This document shows positions 49,561 to 62,689 of a stretch of 64,000 nt of DNA, piece by piece. The notes under the pieces are model-generated. The model saw only the letters and a program-made list of their open reading frames with translations. It ran no database searches and was not told the origin of the DNA. How positions within the stretch are numbered: the first letter of the stretch is position 1; each line of letters begins with the position of its first letter. The stretch spans positions 179,033,800 to 179,097,799 of the forward strand of contig NC_090372.1 in assembly GCF_036365525.1 (NCBI RefSeq), given 5' to 3'. The stretch is from Heterodontus francisci. Taxonomy: Eukaryota. A program made the translations under genes and the position numbers.

Positions 49561-52500
49561 CATAGAGTCATAGAGCCATAGAGTCGTACAGCATAGAAAC
49601 AGGCCCTTCAGCCCACCGCGTCCATGCCGACCATAATGCCTATCTATACTAATTCCACCTGCCTGCAATAATTCCATATCCCTCTATGCCTTGCTCATTC
49701 AAGTACCTGTCCAGATGCCTCTTAAATGTCGCTACTGTTCCTGCCTCCACCACCTCCTCAGGCAGCTCATTCCAGATACCCACTATTCTTTGTGTGAAAA
49801 ATTTACCCCTTTGATCCCCTTTAAACCTCCTCCCTCTCACCTTAAATCTATGCCCTCTAGTTTTAGTCACCCCTACCATGGGAAACAGACTCTGGCTATC
49901 TACCCTATCTATGCCTCTCATAATTTTATATACCTCTATCATGTCCCCTCTCAGCCTCCTTCGCTCCAGGGAAAACAGACCCAGCCTATCCAATCTCTCT
50001 TTATAACGCAAGCCCTCCAAACCAGGCAACATCCTTGTGAATCTTTTTTGCACCCTCTCTAGCTTAATCACATCTTTCCTGTAGTGTGGCGACCAGAACT
50101 GCACACAGTACTTCAAATGCGGCCTAACCAACGTTATGTACAACTGTAACATGACGTCCCAAATCTTGTACTCAATGCCTCGGCCAATGAAGGCAAGCAT
50201 GCCATATGCCTCTTCACCACCCTGTCTACCTGTGTTGCCACTTTCAGGGAACTATGTACTTGCACCCCAAGGTCTCTCTGCTCAAGAACTCTCCCCAGGG
50301 CCCTGCCATTCACTGTATATGTCCTGCCCTGGTTTAACTTCCCAAAATGCATCACTTCACACTTGTCTGCATTAAATTCCATTTGCCAATCCCTTGCCCA
50401 CTTTCCCAGTTGATCTATATCCTGTTGTAGCCTTAGACAACCTTCTTCATTGTCCACTATACCACCAATTTTGGTGTCATCTGCAAACTTACTAATCATG
50501 CCCCTTACATTCACATCCAAGTCATTAGTATATATGACAAACAACAGAGGGCCCAGCACCGATCCCTGCAGCACACCACTGGTCACCGGCCTCCAATCTG
50601 AAAAACAACCCTCCACAACCACCCTCTGCCTCATATCACCAAGCCAATCTTGTATCCAATTTGCTAGCTCACCCTGGATCCCATGTGTTCGAACCTTCTG
50701 GACCAGCCTACCATGCAGGACCTTGTCAAAGCTCTTGCTAAAGTTCATGTAGACAACATCCATCACCCTGCCCTCGTCAATCCTCTTGGTCACTTCCTCG
50801 AAAAACTCAATCAAATTCGTGAGACATGATTTCCCACGCACAAAGCCATGCTGCCTATCCCTAATCAGACCATGCCTTTCCAGATGCATATAAATACCGT
50901 CTCTCAGAATCCCTTCCAATAACTTTCCCACCACTGATGTAAGGCTCACAGGCCTGTAGTTCCCTGGCTTATCCCTGCTGCCCTTATTAAATAAAGACAC
51001 AACATTAGCTATCCTCCAGTCTTCCGGTACCTCACCCGTGGCTAACGATGATGCAAAAATCTCTGCCAGGGACCCAGCAATCTCCTCCCTTGCTTCCCAT
51101 ATCATCCGAGGATACACCTGGTCAGGCCCTGGGGATTTATCTACCTCAATGCGCTTCAATACCTCCAACACCTCCTGCTTTGTAATGTTGATATGCTCCA
51201 GGATATCGGTGTTCCCTCCCTTGAACTCACTAGCTTATGAGAAGTCATTGGCAAACAGGATTAAGGATAATCCCAACGCTTTTTATACGTATATAAAGAG
51301 CAAGAGGGTAACCAGGGAAAGGGTTGGCCCACTCAAGGACAGAGAAGGGAATCTATGTGTGGAGCCAGAGGAAATGGGCGAGGTACTAAATGAGTACTTT
51401 GCATCAGTATTCAACAAGGAGAAGGACTTGGTGGATGATGAGCCTAGGGAAGGGAGTGTAGATAGTCTCAGTCATCTCATTATCAAAAAGGAGGTGGTGT
51501 TGGGTGTCTTGCAAAGCATTAAGGTAGATAAGTCCCCAGGGCCTGATGGCATCTACCCCAGAATACTGAGGGAGGCAAGGGAAGAAATTGCTGTGGCCTT
51601 GACAGAAATCTTTGCATCCTCATTGGCTACAGGTGAGGTCCCAGAGGACTGGAGAATAGCTAATGTTGTTCCTTTGTTTAAGAAGGGTAGCAAGGATAAT
51701 CCAGGAAATTATAGGCCGGTGAGCCTTACGTCAGTGGTAGGGAAATTATTAGAGAGGATTCTTCGGGACAGGATTTACTCCCATTTGGAAACAAATGGAC
51801 TTATTAGTGAGAGGCAGCATGGTTTTGTGAAGGGGAGGTCGTGTCTCACTAATTTGATTGAGTTTTTTGAGGAAGTGACAAAGATGATTGATGAAGGAAG
51901 GGCAGTGGATGTTATCTATATGGACTTCAGTAAAGCCTTTGACAAGGTCACTCATGGCAGCCTGATACAAAAGGTGAAGTCACATGGGATCAGAGGGGAG
52001 CTGGCAAGATGGATACAGAACTGGCTCTGTCATAGAAGACAGAGGGTAGCAGTGGAAGGGTGCTTTTTTGAATGGAGGGATGTGATTAGTGGTGTTCCGC
52101 AGGGATCAGTGCTGGGACCTTTGCTGTTTGTAGTATATATAAATGATTTGGAGGAAAATGTAGCTGGTCTGATTGGTCAGTTTGTGGACGACACAAAGGT
52201 TGGTGGAGTTGCCGTCAGTGATGAGGATTGTCAAGAGGATACAGCAGGATATAGATCGGTTGGAGACTTGGGCGGAGAAATGGCAGATGGAGTTTAATTC
52301 GGACAAATATAAGGGAATGCATTTTGGAAGGTCTAATGCAGGTGGGAAGTATACAGTAAATGGCAGAATCCTTAGGAGTATAGACAGGCAGAGAGATCTG
52401 GGCGTACAGGTCCACAGGTCACTGAAAGTGGCAACGCAGGTGGATAAGGTAGTCAAGAAGGCATACGGCATGCTTGCCTTCATCAGTCGGGGAATAGAGT

Positions 52501-53778
52501 ATAAAAATTGGCAAGTCATGCTGCAGCTGTACAGAACTTTAGTTAGGCCACACTTAGAATATTGCGTGCAATTCTGGTCGCACACTACCAGAAGGACGTG
52601 GAGGCTTTGGAGAGGGTACAGAAGAGGTTTACCAGGATGTTGCCTGGTCTGGAGGGCATTAACTATGAGGAGAGGTTGGAAAAACCCGGATTGTTTTCAC
52701 TGGAACGACGGAGGTGGAGGAGGGACATGATAGAGGTTTACAAAGTTATAAGCGGCATGGACAGAGTGGATAGTCAGAAGCTTTTTCCCAGGGTGGAAGA
52801 GTCAGTTACTAGGGGACATAGGTTTAAGGTGAGAGGGGCAAAGTTTAGAGGGGATGTGCGAGGCAAGTTCTTTACACAGAGGGTGGTGAGTGCCAGGAAC
52901 TTGTTGCCGGGGGAGGTGGTGGAAGCAGGTACCATAGAGACGTTTAAGAGGCATCTTGACAAATACATGAATAGGATGGGAATAGAGGGATACGGACCCC
53001 GGAAGTGCAGAAGGTTTTAGTTTAGGCAGGCATCAAGATCGCCGCAGGCTTGGAGGGCCGAATGGCCTGTTCCTGTGCTGTACTGTTCTTTGTTCTTTAT
53101 TCTCCACGGTAAATACGGACGAGAAATATTCATTTAAGACCTCGCCCATTTCCCGTGGCTCCACACATAGATTGCCATACTGATCCTTAAGGGGACCTAC
53201 TCTCTCCCTAGCTACCCTTTCACTCTTAATATACTTATAGAATCTTTTCAGATTGTCCTTTATCTTATCTGCCAGGGAAATCTCATGGCCCCTTTTCGCC
53301 CTCCTAATTTCCTCCTACATCCCCTATACTCCTCGAGGGACTCGCTCGATCCTAGCTGCCTATACCTGTCATATGCCTCCTTCTTTGTCCTGACCAGACC
53401 CTCAATATCCCTCGTCAACCATGGTTCCCTAAACTTGCCAGCCTTGCCCTTCCATCTAACAGGAAATTGCCTGCCCTGAACTCTTCCTATCTCACTTTTA
53501 AAAGTCTCCCACTTGCCAGATGTCCCTTTACCTGTAAACTGCCTCTCCCATTCAACTTTTGAGAGTTCCTGTCAGATGCCATCGAAATTAGCCTTCCCCC
53601 AATTTAGGACTTCAACCTGAGGACCAGTCCTATCCTTTTCCATAACTATCTTGAAGCTAATAGAGTTATGGTCACTGGTCCCAAAGTGCTCCCCCACTGA
53701 CACATCAACCACCTGTCCATCCTCATTTCCTGAGAGGAGGTCGAGTGTAGCCCCTTCTCTAGTGAGGCCATCCACATG
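49561..53778 (-). mobile_element. CR1 LINE subfamily d, interrupted at 51234-53097
   Basis: ORFs 49649..50200 and 50134..51171 (RT) and 53572..53886 (APE end); (ACTCTATG)n tail. Confidence 0.93.
51234..53097 (+). mobile_element. CR1 LINE subfamily b, 5'-truncated, nested
   Basis: Near-identical to the reverse complement of 31407-33250; two frameshifts; TTCTTTG tail. Confidence 0.95.
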
Positions 53779-54049
53779 GTTGGCAGCAAGGCTGTCATTG
53801 TACACCAGTTGTCCTTGCGTGGTTGGATAGCGGACTGTGGTCATCAGCCATAGTACACGTGCTATCCTTTGTCTCCGAGCAGCCACCTTCTGTTTTTTTG
53901 TGCTGGGAGTTGCTGACTACCTCAGGATGAAGGCATTGTGTCTGCTGCCAGGATAGTAGGTATTCACTGACATGATGGTTTGTGCATGGTCGCACACCAA
54001 CTGCATATTAATGGATGGAACAATTCCTGTACCTCATATTGGAATGTTT

Positions 54050-54330
54050 TTTTGATTCATTTTTGGGATGCGAACGTCGCTGGCAAAGCCAACATTTATT
54101 GACCATCCTTAATTACCACCTTCTTGAACTGCAGCAGTGCATGTAGGTACACCCATATTGCTGTTAGGAAGGGAGTTACAGACATTTGACCCAGTGATGG
54201 TGAAGGAATGGCGATATAGTTCCAAGTCAGAATGGTGTCTGAGTTAGAAGGGAATTTGCAGGTGCTGTTGTTCCCACGCATCTGCTGCCCTTGTCCTTCT
54301 AGGTGGTAGAGGTCGCAGGTTTGGAAGTCA
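54050..54330 (-). mobile_element. WH-type LINE 3' end
   Basis: Collinear with 4080-4385. Confidence 0.85.
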
Positions 54331-54937
54331 GGCTGTTGCTTGAATAATCTGTGGGATATCTCTCCCACTTTTGGCACATGTTATCAGATGTTAGTGAGGA
54401 ATTAGTTCCCAATTAAGGGCCTCATCCCACTGCTGCCGCAATTAGCCCAGCAACAGGCGGGCCTGTCACCGCATGGGAAGCACAAACAAAATTGGGGTGG
54501 GGGGGTGGTCCCTTGTTTAAAGGCACTTGGTGCCTGACCCATTCCCCCGAGACGCTCACCCTGCAAGATCCCTCCCGCCCTGATCTAACTGTGTCCTGGG
54601 TCCAGCACCACTCCTAGGCCTTGGGTGGGTGCTCTACCAGCAGCAGCTACCGCCTCCGCAGTGGAGTTGCTGAGTTAAAGAGCTTCCAGTCTCTGATTGG
54701 CCAGCAGCTCTCAGAGGGTGGGACTTCTGTCGCCGGGGTCCTGGATCCTGTGGAAGGCCCGTCACTGTCCAGTTAAGTGCCTAATTGGCATTTGATACAA
54801 CAGGCCTTTCCCGGAATGGTGGATGCGGGTTACTTGGTGGTGCTTTTGCCGGAGGTTGAGACCCCCGTTGCCCAGATATAATCATCGCCAAGGTCCCACA
54901 AACACCAATGAGACAAACGATCAATTAAATTGATTGT

Positions 54938-55163
54938 GTTCTGACAAAAGGTCAACAACCTGAAACATTAACTCTGTTTCTCTCCCCATAGATGTTGCCT
55001 GGCCTCCTGAGTATTCTTAGCATTTTCTGTTTTTAGACCAACTAACCTATTTTTAGTATAAAATAATAGCAAGAAATGCTGGAAATACTCAGCAGGTCTG
55101 GCAGCACCCATGGAGAGAGAAGCAGAGTTAACATTTCAGGTCAGTGACCCTTCTTTAGAACTG
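54938..55163. mobile_element. Inverted pair of Penelope-type termini with decayed hammerhead-ribozyme cores
   Basis: Arms of about 100 bp (54938-55034 +, 55060-55163 -) are reverse complements; each starts with a CTGANGA-like motif, a stem-loop and GAAA. Confidence 0.7.
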
Positions 55164-55707
55164 GTGATGTGTGTTGAGACATAAATGTCAGCCAAAATTA
55201 TGTGCTCAAGTCCTGGAATGGGACCAGAATCTACAATCTTCTCATCCTATAGGAAAAGTGCTACCATTAAGCTAAAGCTGGCGTTAGGGCAAAAAGGCAG
55301 AGAGAATAGGGCATATTCTTGCCTAGCTCCTCGTAATGCAGAAAACTGAAGGCATTGGTACAAGATGTGGATTTAGGGTGTGAATATAGTAATGTAATCC
55401 ATACCCTGATTCAGTCACGAAAGACCATTAGCTCGAGTGTGACAAGGAGGAATCTCAACTCACCAGAGCTACACCACATTGGAAAGCCATCATGGTGCCT
55501 GCCTGTTGCATATAGCCTGTTTATTCTGTAGGCACTGAGCAGAAATGATTGCACCCAGTCAGGAGGCTGAGATCTTGGCAAATATTTTAGAGTTGGTATT
55601 GAGTAAAGATATCGGTCTGTATGATGAGCAGAAAATGGGATCCTTGCTTTTTCTGTGATTCTGGTTGCTCTGAAGGTATCTCAGAGGAGATACCTTCTTG
55701 AACTCAT

Positions 55708-58040
55708 GGGGTAGAATTTTAACAGCCAAGTGGGGTTCAGGTTCGAGTGTGAGCAGAGGGGTTAAAAGCCCCTAAAATTGCCAGTGGGTCAGGAACCCTA
55801 AATGATCCTGCCCATTTCCAAGTTTAACCGGGACGTGCTCTGAGAAGAGCAGGAAACCCCATGGAGCTGTCGGGTAGGTATTTCAAATATTTAAATATCC
55901 AATTAGTTGTCACTTTAACCCAGAATTCTGGCTTTAACAGCCAGCGATCAGGTTTCCCAAGCTATGTAGAACTTGCTGGGGCCACAACAAGGTGAGAGCA
56001 CAACAGGAAATCATTGATCAATGAAACTGACAAGCTGGAAAGCCTTTAAACCGTGAAACTATATAGCTGCTGGCCAGCCTATGAGAAAGGCTTGAGCGCA
56101 CAGGACTTGTTCTGAGAGTGTGCTTTCATTGCTTAACATGTGACTTCCAACTGTTTGGAAGTCATTTCACCTAAATTGGACTTTACTCACCTTGATCTGA
56201 TCTTCCCTGCTGTCAGCCTTCACTGCAGCATGGGAACAGTTTATGCAGATCTACCTTGGACTTCTGGTGAGGAACAAGAAGAGCTGCAACACCAACACCA
56301 TCAACAAGAGCTGCAAAAACAGCTGCTTTCTCCATAGCCACATGCTGCTCCACAGGTCAGTGGGAATGGACAGAGAGGTCCAGCACGAAGGAGGTGATAC
56401 ACACCAATACAGAAATCAGCTTCCTTGACATGTTGGTGTAACAGTGCCTCAGGAGACTCATGTTTTCATGGCAGACATTTGCGTCCTCCTGGAACAAGAT
56501 CTCCTCCCCAGTGGACCAGGTGGGCGGGCATTGCCAATGGCCGTCAAGGTCACCACAGCCCTGAATTTCTTCACCTTTGGCTTCTTCCAGGGATCTGCTG
56601 GTGACACCTCCAGAATCTCACAATCTGCTGTCCACAAGTGCATCTCCCAGGTAACCAATGCCATGTTTGCCAAGGCTGGCAGTTATGTCCACTTTTATCC
56701 TGCTGTGGTCAGTCAGGCACAGAGGGTTCTTGCATTTTCTGCAGTGGCTAGATTCCCACAGGTACAGGGAGTCATTGATTGCACACATGTGGCAATCAGG
56801 GCACCCTCAGATCAGCCTTCAGTATTTATCAATCACAAGGGATTCCATTCCATCAATGCTCAGCTCATTTGTAAACAACATGATATCTTAGGAACTGTTA
56901 TGAATGAATCATTATGCGACAGTCACATCTCCCATAAATCCTGTACCGCATCCCAACACAAATCACTCCCACTGTCCAAAATCCAATAGTCACATTCACA
57001 CGCTTTCCTTATCTCCCAGCATGGTCATATCATTCAGCTGAAGGCTGCTGTCCAAGTAGAATTCGGAATACAACAAAGTAGAGGCCAAGAGAATGAGGAG
57101 TTAAAATAAAGTGTTTGATTCATTAAAATAAATATAAACCTACCATCATGAACATTGTTATGCACACCCAAGTAAATCCCCTTGTGCAACTTATTCGCTT
57201 TCTATTATTCCTACATGGTGCAACCCCTGTGGCTTCAGTAAAGCTGGCAGCAAGTTATTCATTCCCCTGCTCTGACAGATGAGACGCCTGTTGCGGATGT
57301 CCTCTAGGTTTGGAGCCCGTAAGGGCCCCGCCAAAGTCTGTCCAACCTGCACCTCTGCAGGAGCAGACTTGGTCATCAAGACAGGAGGCAGCATGTGAGG
57401 CTCTGGCTGAGGAGGGGGCAAGGGATGTTGCCTGCCTTGCCTGATTCTTCATGCAGGTGACCACTCTTTCCATGGAGGTGGACATCAATGCAAATGCCTA
57501 AGATACGTGGCACTCATGCTAGAGATGGACTACTCCAATCTCTCTCCAAGGGTGTGCACTGCCTCTGGAACTGTTGACAGAAGCACACGCATTTGCTGTT
57601 GCTACTTCAAAAAGTTCCCTTTTCATGGATAACCTCTCCCCTACTCCCCGATTCCCCAAGGCTCAGGGCCTGTATCCAGCTGAACAGAGCTTGGAGTGTC
57701 CTGCGCCCTCTGATGGTGATTCTCCACTGGTGTCCCTGTCTCCAACACCTGCTCCTGCTCACATGTAATGTGCACCTCACCATATGACAACCTCATTTTC
57801 TCTACTCCAGTACCCACCAAAGTGTGTGTATGTATCTGTGCTGGCTGAGGGTGCACATGAGACATGTGACAATGCATCCTCAGAGTGCTTGGCCTCCTTG
57901 GCCTGGTCCATCATCAGCTCCTCCATCACCATGAAGGACCTGTATGAGATCAAAGACATAAGTTACTGCTGACATTGAGTAAGGGTAAACACTCAGCATA
58001 GTGCATAACATGACATTTCAGTTATTGGTGCCATCAATTC
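55708..58040 (+). mobile_element. PIF/Harbinger transposon remnant
   Basis: Terminus GGGGTAGAATTTT; ORF 56444..56989 ALPMAVKVTTALNFF..ISQSAVHKCISQVT..FPQVQGVIDCTHVAIRAP..FINHKGFHSINAQLIC, truncated before the later catalytic residues; right boundary approximate. Confidence 0.85.
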
Positions 58041-58049
58041 AACATGAAT

Positions 58050-58395
58050 GGGCGGCACAGTGGCGCAGTGGTTAGCACCGCAGCCTCACAGCTCCAGTGA
58101 CCCGGGTTCAATTCTGGGTGCTGCCTATGTGGAGTTTGCAAATTCTCCCTGTGTCTGCGTGGGTTTTCTCCGGGTGCTCCGGTTTCCTCCCACAAACAAA
58201 AAGACTTGCAGGTTGATAGGTAAATTGGCCATTATAAATTGCCCCTAGTATAGGTAGGTGGTAGGGAAATATAGGGACATGTGGGGATGTGGTAGGAATA
58301 TGGGATTAGTGTAGGATTAGTATAAATGGGTGGTTGATGGTCGGCACAGACACGGTGGGCCGAAGGGCCTGTTTCAGTGCTGTATCTCTAAACTA
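58050..58395 (+). mobile_element. HE1-type V-SINE (second copy)
   Basis: Near-identical to 26531-26890; TSD AACATGAATG / AACATGAGTG (58041-58050, 58396-58405). Confidence 0.9.
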
Positions 58396-58464
58396 AACAT
58401 GAGTGACTGTTAAGTGCCAAGTGGCAGTGTATTGTGTAATGCTGTCACCAGATAACAGATACAA

Positions 58465-58835
58465 GGAAGATTGATGAGGGCAGTGCAGTGGATGTGGTCT
58501 ATATGGATTTTAGTAAGGCATTTGACAAGGTTCCACATGGCAGACTGGTCAGTAAAATGAAAGACCATGGGATACAGGGGAACGTGGCAGGTTGGATCCA
58601 AAATTGGCTCAGTGACAGGAAACAAAGGGTAGTAGTCGACGGATGTTTTTGTGAATGGAAAGCGGTTTCCAGTGGCGTTCCACAGGGCTCAGTGATGGGT
58701 CTCTTGCTGTTTGTGGTATATATGAATGATTTGAACTTAAATGTGGGAGGCATGATTGGGAAATTTGCTGATGACACAAAAATTAGCCCTGTAATTGATA
58801 GTGAAGAGGATAGCTGTAGACTCCAGAATGTTATC
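58465..58835 (+). mobile_element. CR1 RT internal fragment
   Basis: DFSKAFDKVPHG, GVPQGS, KFADDTK. Confidence 0.9.
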
Positions 58836-59169
58836 AAGGTTGCCATCAGGCCTGAGGCTTTCCTAAACTAGAAACCTTTTACTGCCACTTACTCATTGGT
58901 TGAAATTTGAGTATAGAGTGACAATGTGCTTTCCTGGGAGAGTGGGATTGGTTGGGGAAATATGATGCAATTTCCTGTGGTATGGCCTGGAGGAAGAATT
59001 TCCTTAGAAGACTGATGATTTAAGAATGAAAATCAGCAAGGTCAAATAACTAGTTTTGTTTGACTGAAATCTAGGTTGTGCTACAATCAAACTTGTCTGC
59101 TTTTCACACGATTGTGTCAAGGCCATTGAGAGCTCTTAAGCTGTACTTACTCAACAATAACTTGTGACC

Positions 59170-59745
59170 AATGCTCAGTTGGGATTCCGTTAGGATCACT
59201 TGGCTTCAGACCTCACTACAGCTTTGGTGTAAGCATGAACACAAGAGCTGAATTCCAAAGGTGAGGTGATAGTGACTACCCTTGACATTCAACCTATTGT
59301 GGCACAAAGGAGCCCTGGTAAACCTGAAGTCAATGAGCAGGAGGAGAAAAACCACGGAGTGACTGGCATCATACCTGGCACAAAGGAATGTGATGATGGG
59401 AGGTCAATCATCTCAGTCCCAGGATTTTTAAAAAAAATTCTTTCAAGGGATGTGGGCATTGCTGGCAAGGTCAGTATTTGTTGCCCAGCCTTAATTGTCG
59501 TTGAGAAGATGGTGGTGAGCAGCCTTCTTAAACCGTTGCAGTCCATGTGGTGTTGGTACACCAACAGCACTGTTAGGAAGGGAGTTCCAGGATTTTGATC
59601 CAGCGACAGTGAAGGTACGGCAATGTAGTTCCAAGTCAGGATGGTGTGTGACTTAGAGGAGAACATCAGGTGGTGGTGTTCCCATGCTTCTGCTGCCCTG
59701 TTCCTTCTAGATGGTAGAGGTCATGGGTGTGGAAAGTGCTGTCGA
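59170..59745. mobile_element. WH-type LINE pieces (+ RT remnant to about 59425, - 3' end after)
   Basis: Similar to 19330-19590 and to 4080-4390. Confidence 0.75.
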
Positions 59746-60703
59746 CATCAGGTTGGCATGTAATAATTGTTGTTTTTATAAACATAATTTGAACTAAACT
59801 AATTGTTTCAAACAAAATAACACACAGCATTTAGTGCAATTTCACTGTTGTTCCCTCGTGCAGTCCATTCATTCCTTCCCTGTCTGCGCACAGTCAGTTG
59901 CCCTTGTCCCCCTTGGCTGTTTATAAGATGAGGGGAGAGTAAGTGAACTAGTTATTATGGTGCAATACAACAGTATGTTACAGCTGCAACACACCAGGAC
60001 CAAACCAATAGTTAGAGTGGAATTTCTTAAGATGACATACTGAACAGCCACCTCCCCAGTTTATGTAACCTTTGACCCAATCCTGGCAACATTTAACTGT
60101 GCCTAAGACTTTTGGCCTACATCCCTGCAACGTTTGACCTTCTCTGCCCTCTCCAAAGTCTTTAGGACTGTAAATGTATTTGGTCATGCTCACACAATAG
60201 ATCCTAGAGCACAGTATTCATTTTTTTTAAGAAAACATAAGCAGCTTGTGCAGTGCTGCCATGCAATTGTTCTCAAAAATAGTTGTTAAAATCTGAAAAG
60301 GCCTTCCATGTCACAAAGTATATTGGCCCAAGGCAAAACTGTTCCTCAATCCCCCACATGCCTCCAAATTCATCAGACATAGAGTGTCCCTCTTTGAAAT
60401 TAAAGTCCCCTTCATTAAAATAAAGTCAGCCCCTAAAATAACTTCACCCAGTTCTAACTCTAAACCTGACTCGAACCCTAAATCAAGAAGATTTCATTCC
60501 AGTTTTATTCCAGAGAATGGGAATGAAATGAGATAGATTTCTCAGCAGTTGCAGCAAAACTGAGAGGCAGTGGCAATATTACCAACCGTGGCAGCAGATA
60601 GGTTTGTGGAAGCAGTGTTGTGCGCAGGGGTGTAATAAGTCCAATGGCAGTGGCAACAAGGTGGGCAGAATCTTTATTGTCGCGCTTATCCCTGTAACTC
60701 TGC

Positions 60704-61746
60704 AGTCACGAACACGTGCTATGCCGACTGATGATTTTTTAAATCCATCGGTTGGAAACCTGAATTTAATTTTTCAAAAAGGATAACGGAAGAGACAAAA
60801 GGTGATGGCTAGCAGCAAAAATGGCCACGGAAATTTGCATCAAAATCCCCTGAATTCCAATGCATTGAGAGGATGTTGGATTGTCTGGCCAGTCCCCTTC
60901 AGAACAATGACTTGAGAAGTTTGGAGTGCCTCACCTGGCCAGTCCCCATTAACAAGACATTAAATGCAATCTTGGGACATTAAATTGGTGGAGATGGACC
61001 ACTGAAAGATAATCACTTGAATAATGGGATCCTGATAGAGAGAAGGGAAGTCCTAGACATGAACTAATTAGTTGCACGAGTTAGTTACACTGACCCATAA
61101 TGTGACAGGCCCACCATCTGGGTGTTTTAAGCTAGCTTTTCTCTCTCTGCAGCAGACAAGCAATTAACACTAACCAGACCCAAGTGGGGTCCCTCTCTCT
61201 CTCTGTCTGTCTCTCCCTAGTCCACCTGGCAAGTTTTGAACCCTGTCTGCTCGCCGTAACCACATAAGCCCATCACTGTGGCAGACAGAGACCCCGTAAA
61301 GGAACTCATCTGGTTCTCTGTTTTCCAGGAGGATCACCAAATCTGTTGGCTACATCTACAAGTCAGAAGCCTCAGAACCACTGAGTTCATCCAAAGACAA
61401 CTGAGTCACCCAACTCCACAGACCGTATACCCCCTTTTATTGCTCCAGACTCTAATCCGACCAATCTACCCTTACCCACTCTGTAACTATTTCTGTTTGC
61501 ATGTGTGTGTGTTTGTAAGTTGGAGCATAGTTTATTATTTTACTTAGATCAGTTTAGGTACAATAAAGCTAAGCTCTTTCTTTGTTAAACTCAAGAAAAC
61601 CTGTCCGAATGGTTCTTTGTAAATAGTGAAATACTCACTGAATTGTTAAGTACATTCACTTTTAAAAATAAATAAATCCTGTTGTTGTCAAACAAGGAGA
61701 GGGAAAAGAGGGGAGCCGTTTGACCCCTCCTCACCTGATCGTAACA
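60704..61746 (+). mobile_element. Solo LTR (about 1043 bp)
   Basis: Ends CACCTGATCGTAACA; degenerate inverted start AGTCACGAACACGTG (11/15); probable TSD CTGC/TTGC; AATAAA about 70 bp before the end. Confidence 0.65.
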
Positions 61747-62321
61747 TTGCAGGCAAATTGTGATAAAGGTGAGTTTGCATGAATGCAGTGTTGAAGTTGG
61801 CAGGTATGTGGCACTCCAGCTGTAGCTGACCTTTATTAATATAATCAACCAAAGCTCTGAAGGCCTGAGATTTTCTTGTGTCTCATGGGGCTCCTGTCAG
61901 GTCTTCAGTGCAGAGCTGAATTCTCTCACTTTTTAGCTGTTACAATGCCAGATGTCCAGGAGCAAGAACAGAGTAAATAGGGAAGGGCAACGCAGGGAAG
62001 TCATTGGCTTCTACCGGATCATTTTATACAAGACATACATCTCAACAGAATGAAAGGATGCAGAATTCTACTCATTGTTTCCCAATCAATGATCCTTGAT
62101 TTCTGCGGTGACATTGAAGATAGGTGCTCTGTAGACCAGATTCTCCCAGACAGGGAGGTGGGTAAGATTACAACAAGATCAGCCCAGGGAGCATGCACAT
62201 GCTTCCAAATGTCAGTGATAGCAGCATTGGCAAGAATTTTAGAACATCTTGTCTGCTGCACTTGCATCTGGTATTGGTTTGCCTCGGAATTCAACGATTG
62301 TATGTTCAAGACCTATGCCAG

Positions 62322-62682
62322 AACATATAAGATCCTGAGGGGTCTTGACAGGGTGAATGTGGAAAGGATGTTTCCCCTTGTGGGAGAATCTAGAACTGGG
62401 GGTCACTGTTTAAAAATAAGGGGTCACTCATTTAAGACAGAGATGAGGAGAATTTTTTCTCTTAGAGTCTTTGAAATTCTCTTCCTCAAAAGGTGGTGGA
62501 AGCAGTCTTTGAATATTATTAAGGCAGAGGTAAATAGATTCTTGATAAGCAAGTGGGTGAAAGGTTATCTGGGGACAAGTGGAAATGTGGAGTAATCAGT
62601 TCAGCCATGAACTTATTGAATGGCAGAGCAGGTTCGAGGGGCCGAGTGGCCTACTCCTGCTCCTAAATCGTATGTTCGTATG
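62322..62682 (+). mobile_element. CR1 3' end
   Basis: TYKILRGLDRVNVERMFPLVGESRTGGH and typical 3' UTR. Confidence 0.9.
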
Positions 62683-62689
62683 AACCATA

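Noticed and set aside
51038-52297. 419-aa ORF with a novel N-terminus, or a twin-priming 5' inversion
   Set aside because: The N-terminus is antisense read-through from the host CR1; the two arms are different subfamilies with their own tails, and the host resumes at 53098
56444-56989. Domesticated HARBI1 gene
   Set aside because: Truncated after the NAQLIC motif, broken N-terminus, non-ATG start and a transposon terminus upstream
62019-62320. ORFs on both strands as a host exon
   Set aside because: No recognisable family; STEHLSSMSP only faintly recalls a non-LTR zinc knuckle, and the plus ORF is extended by CR1 sequence
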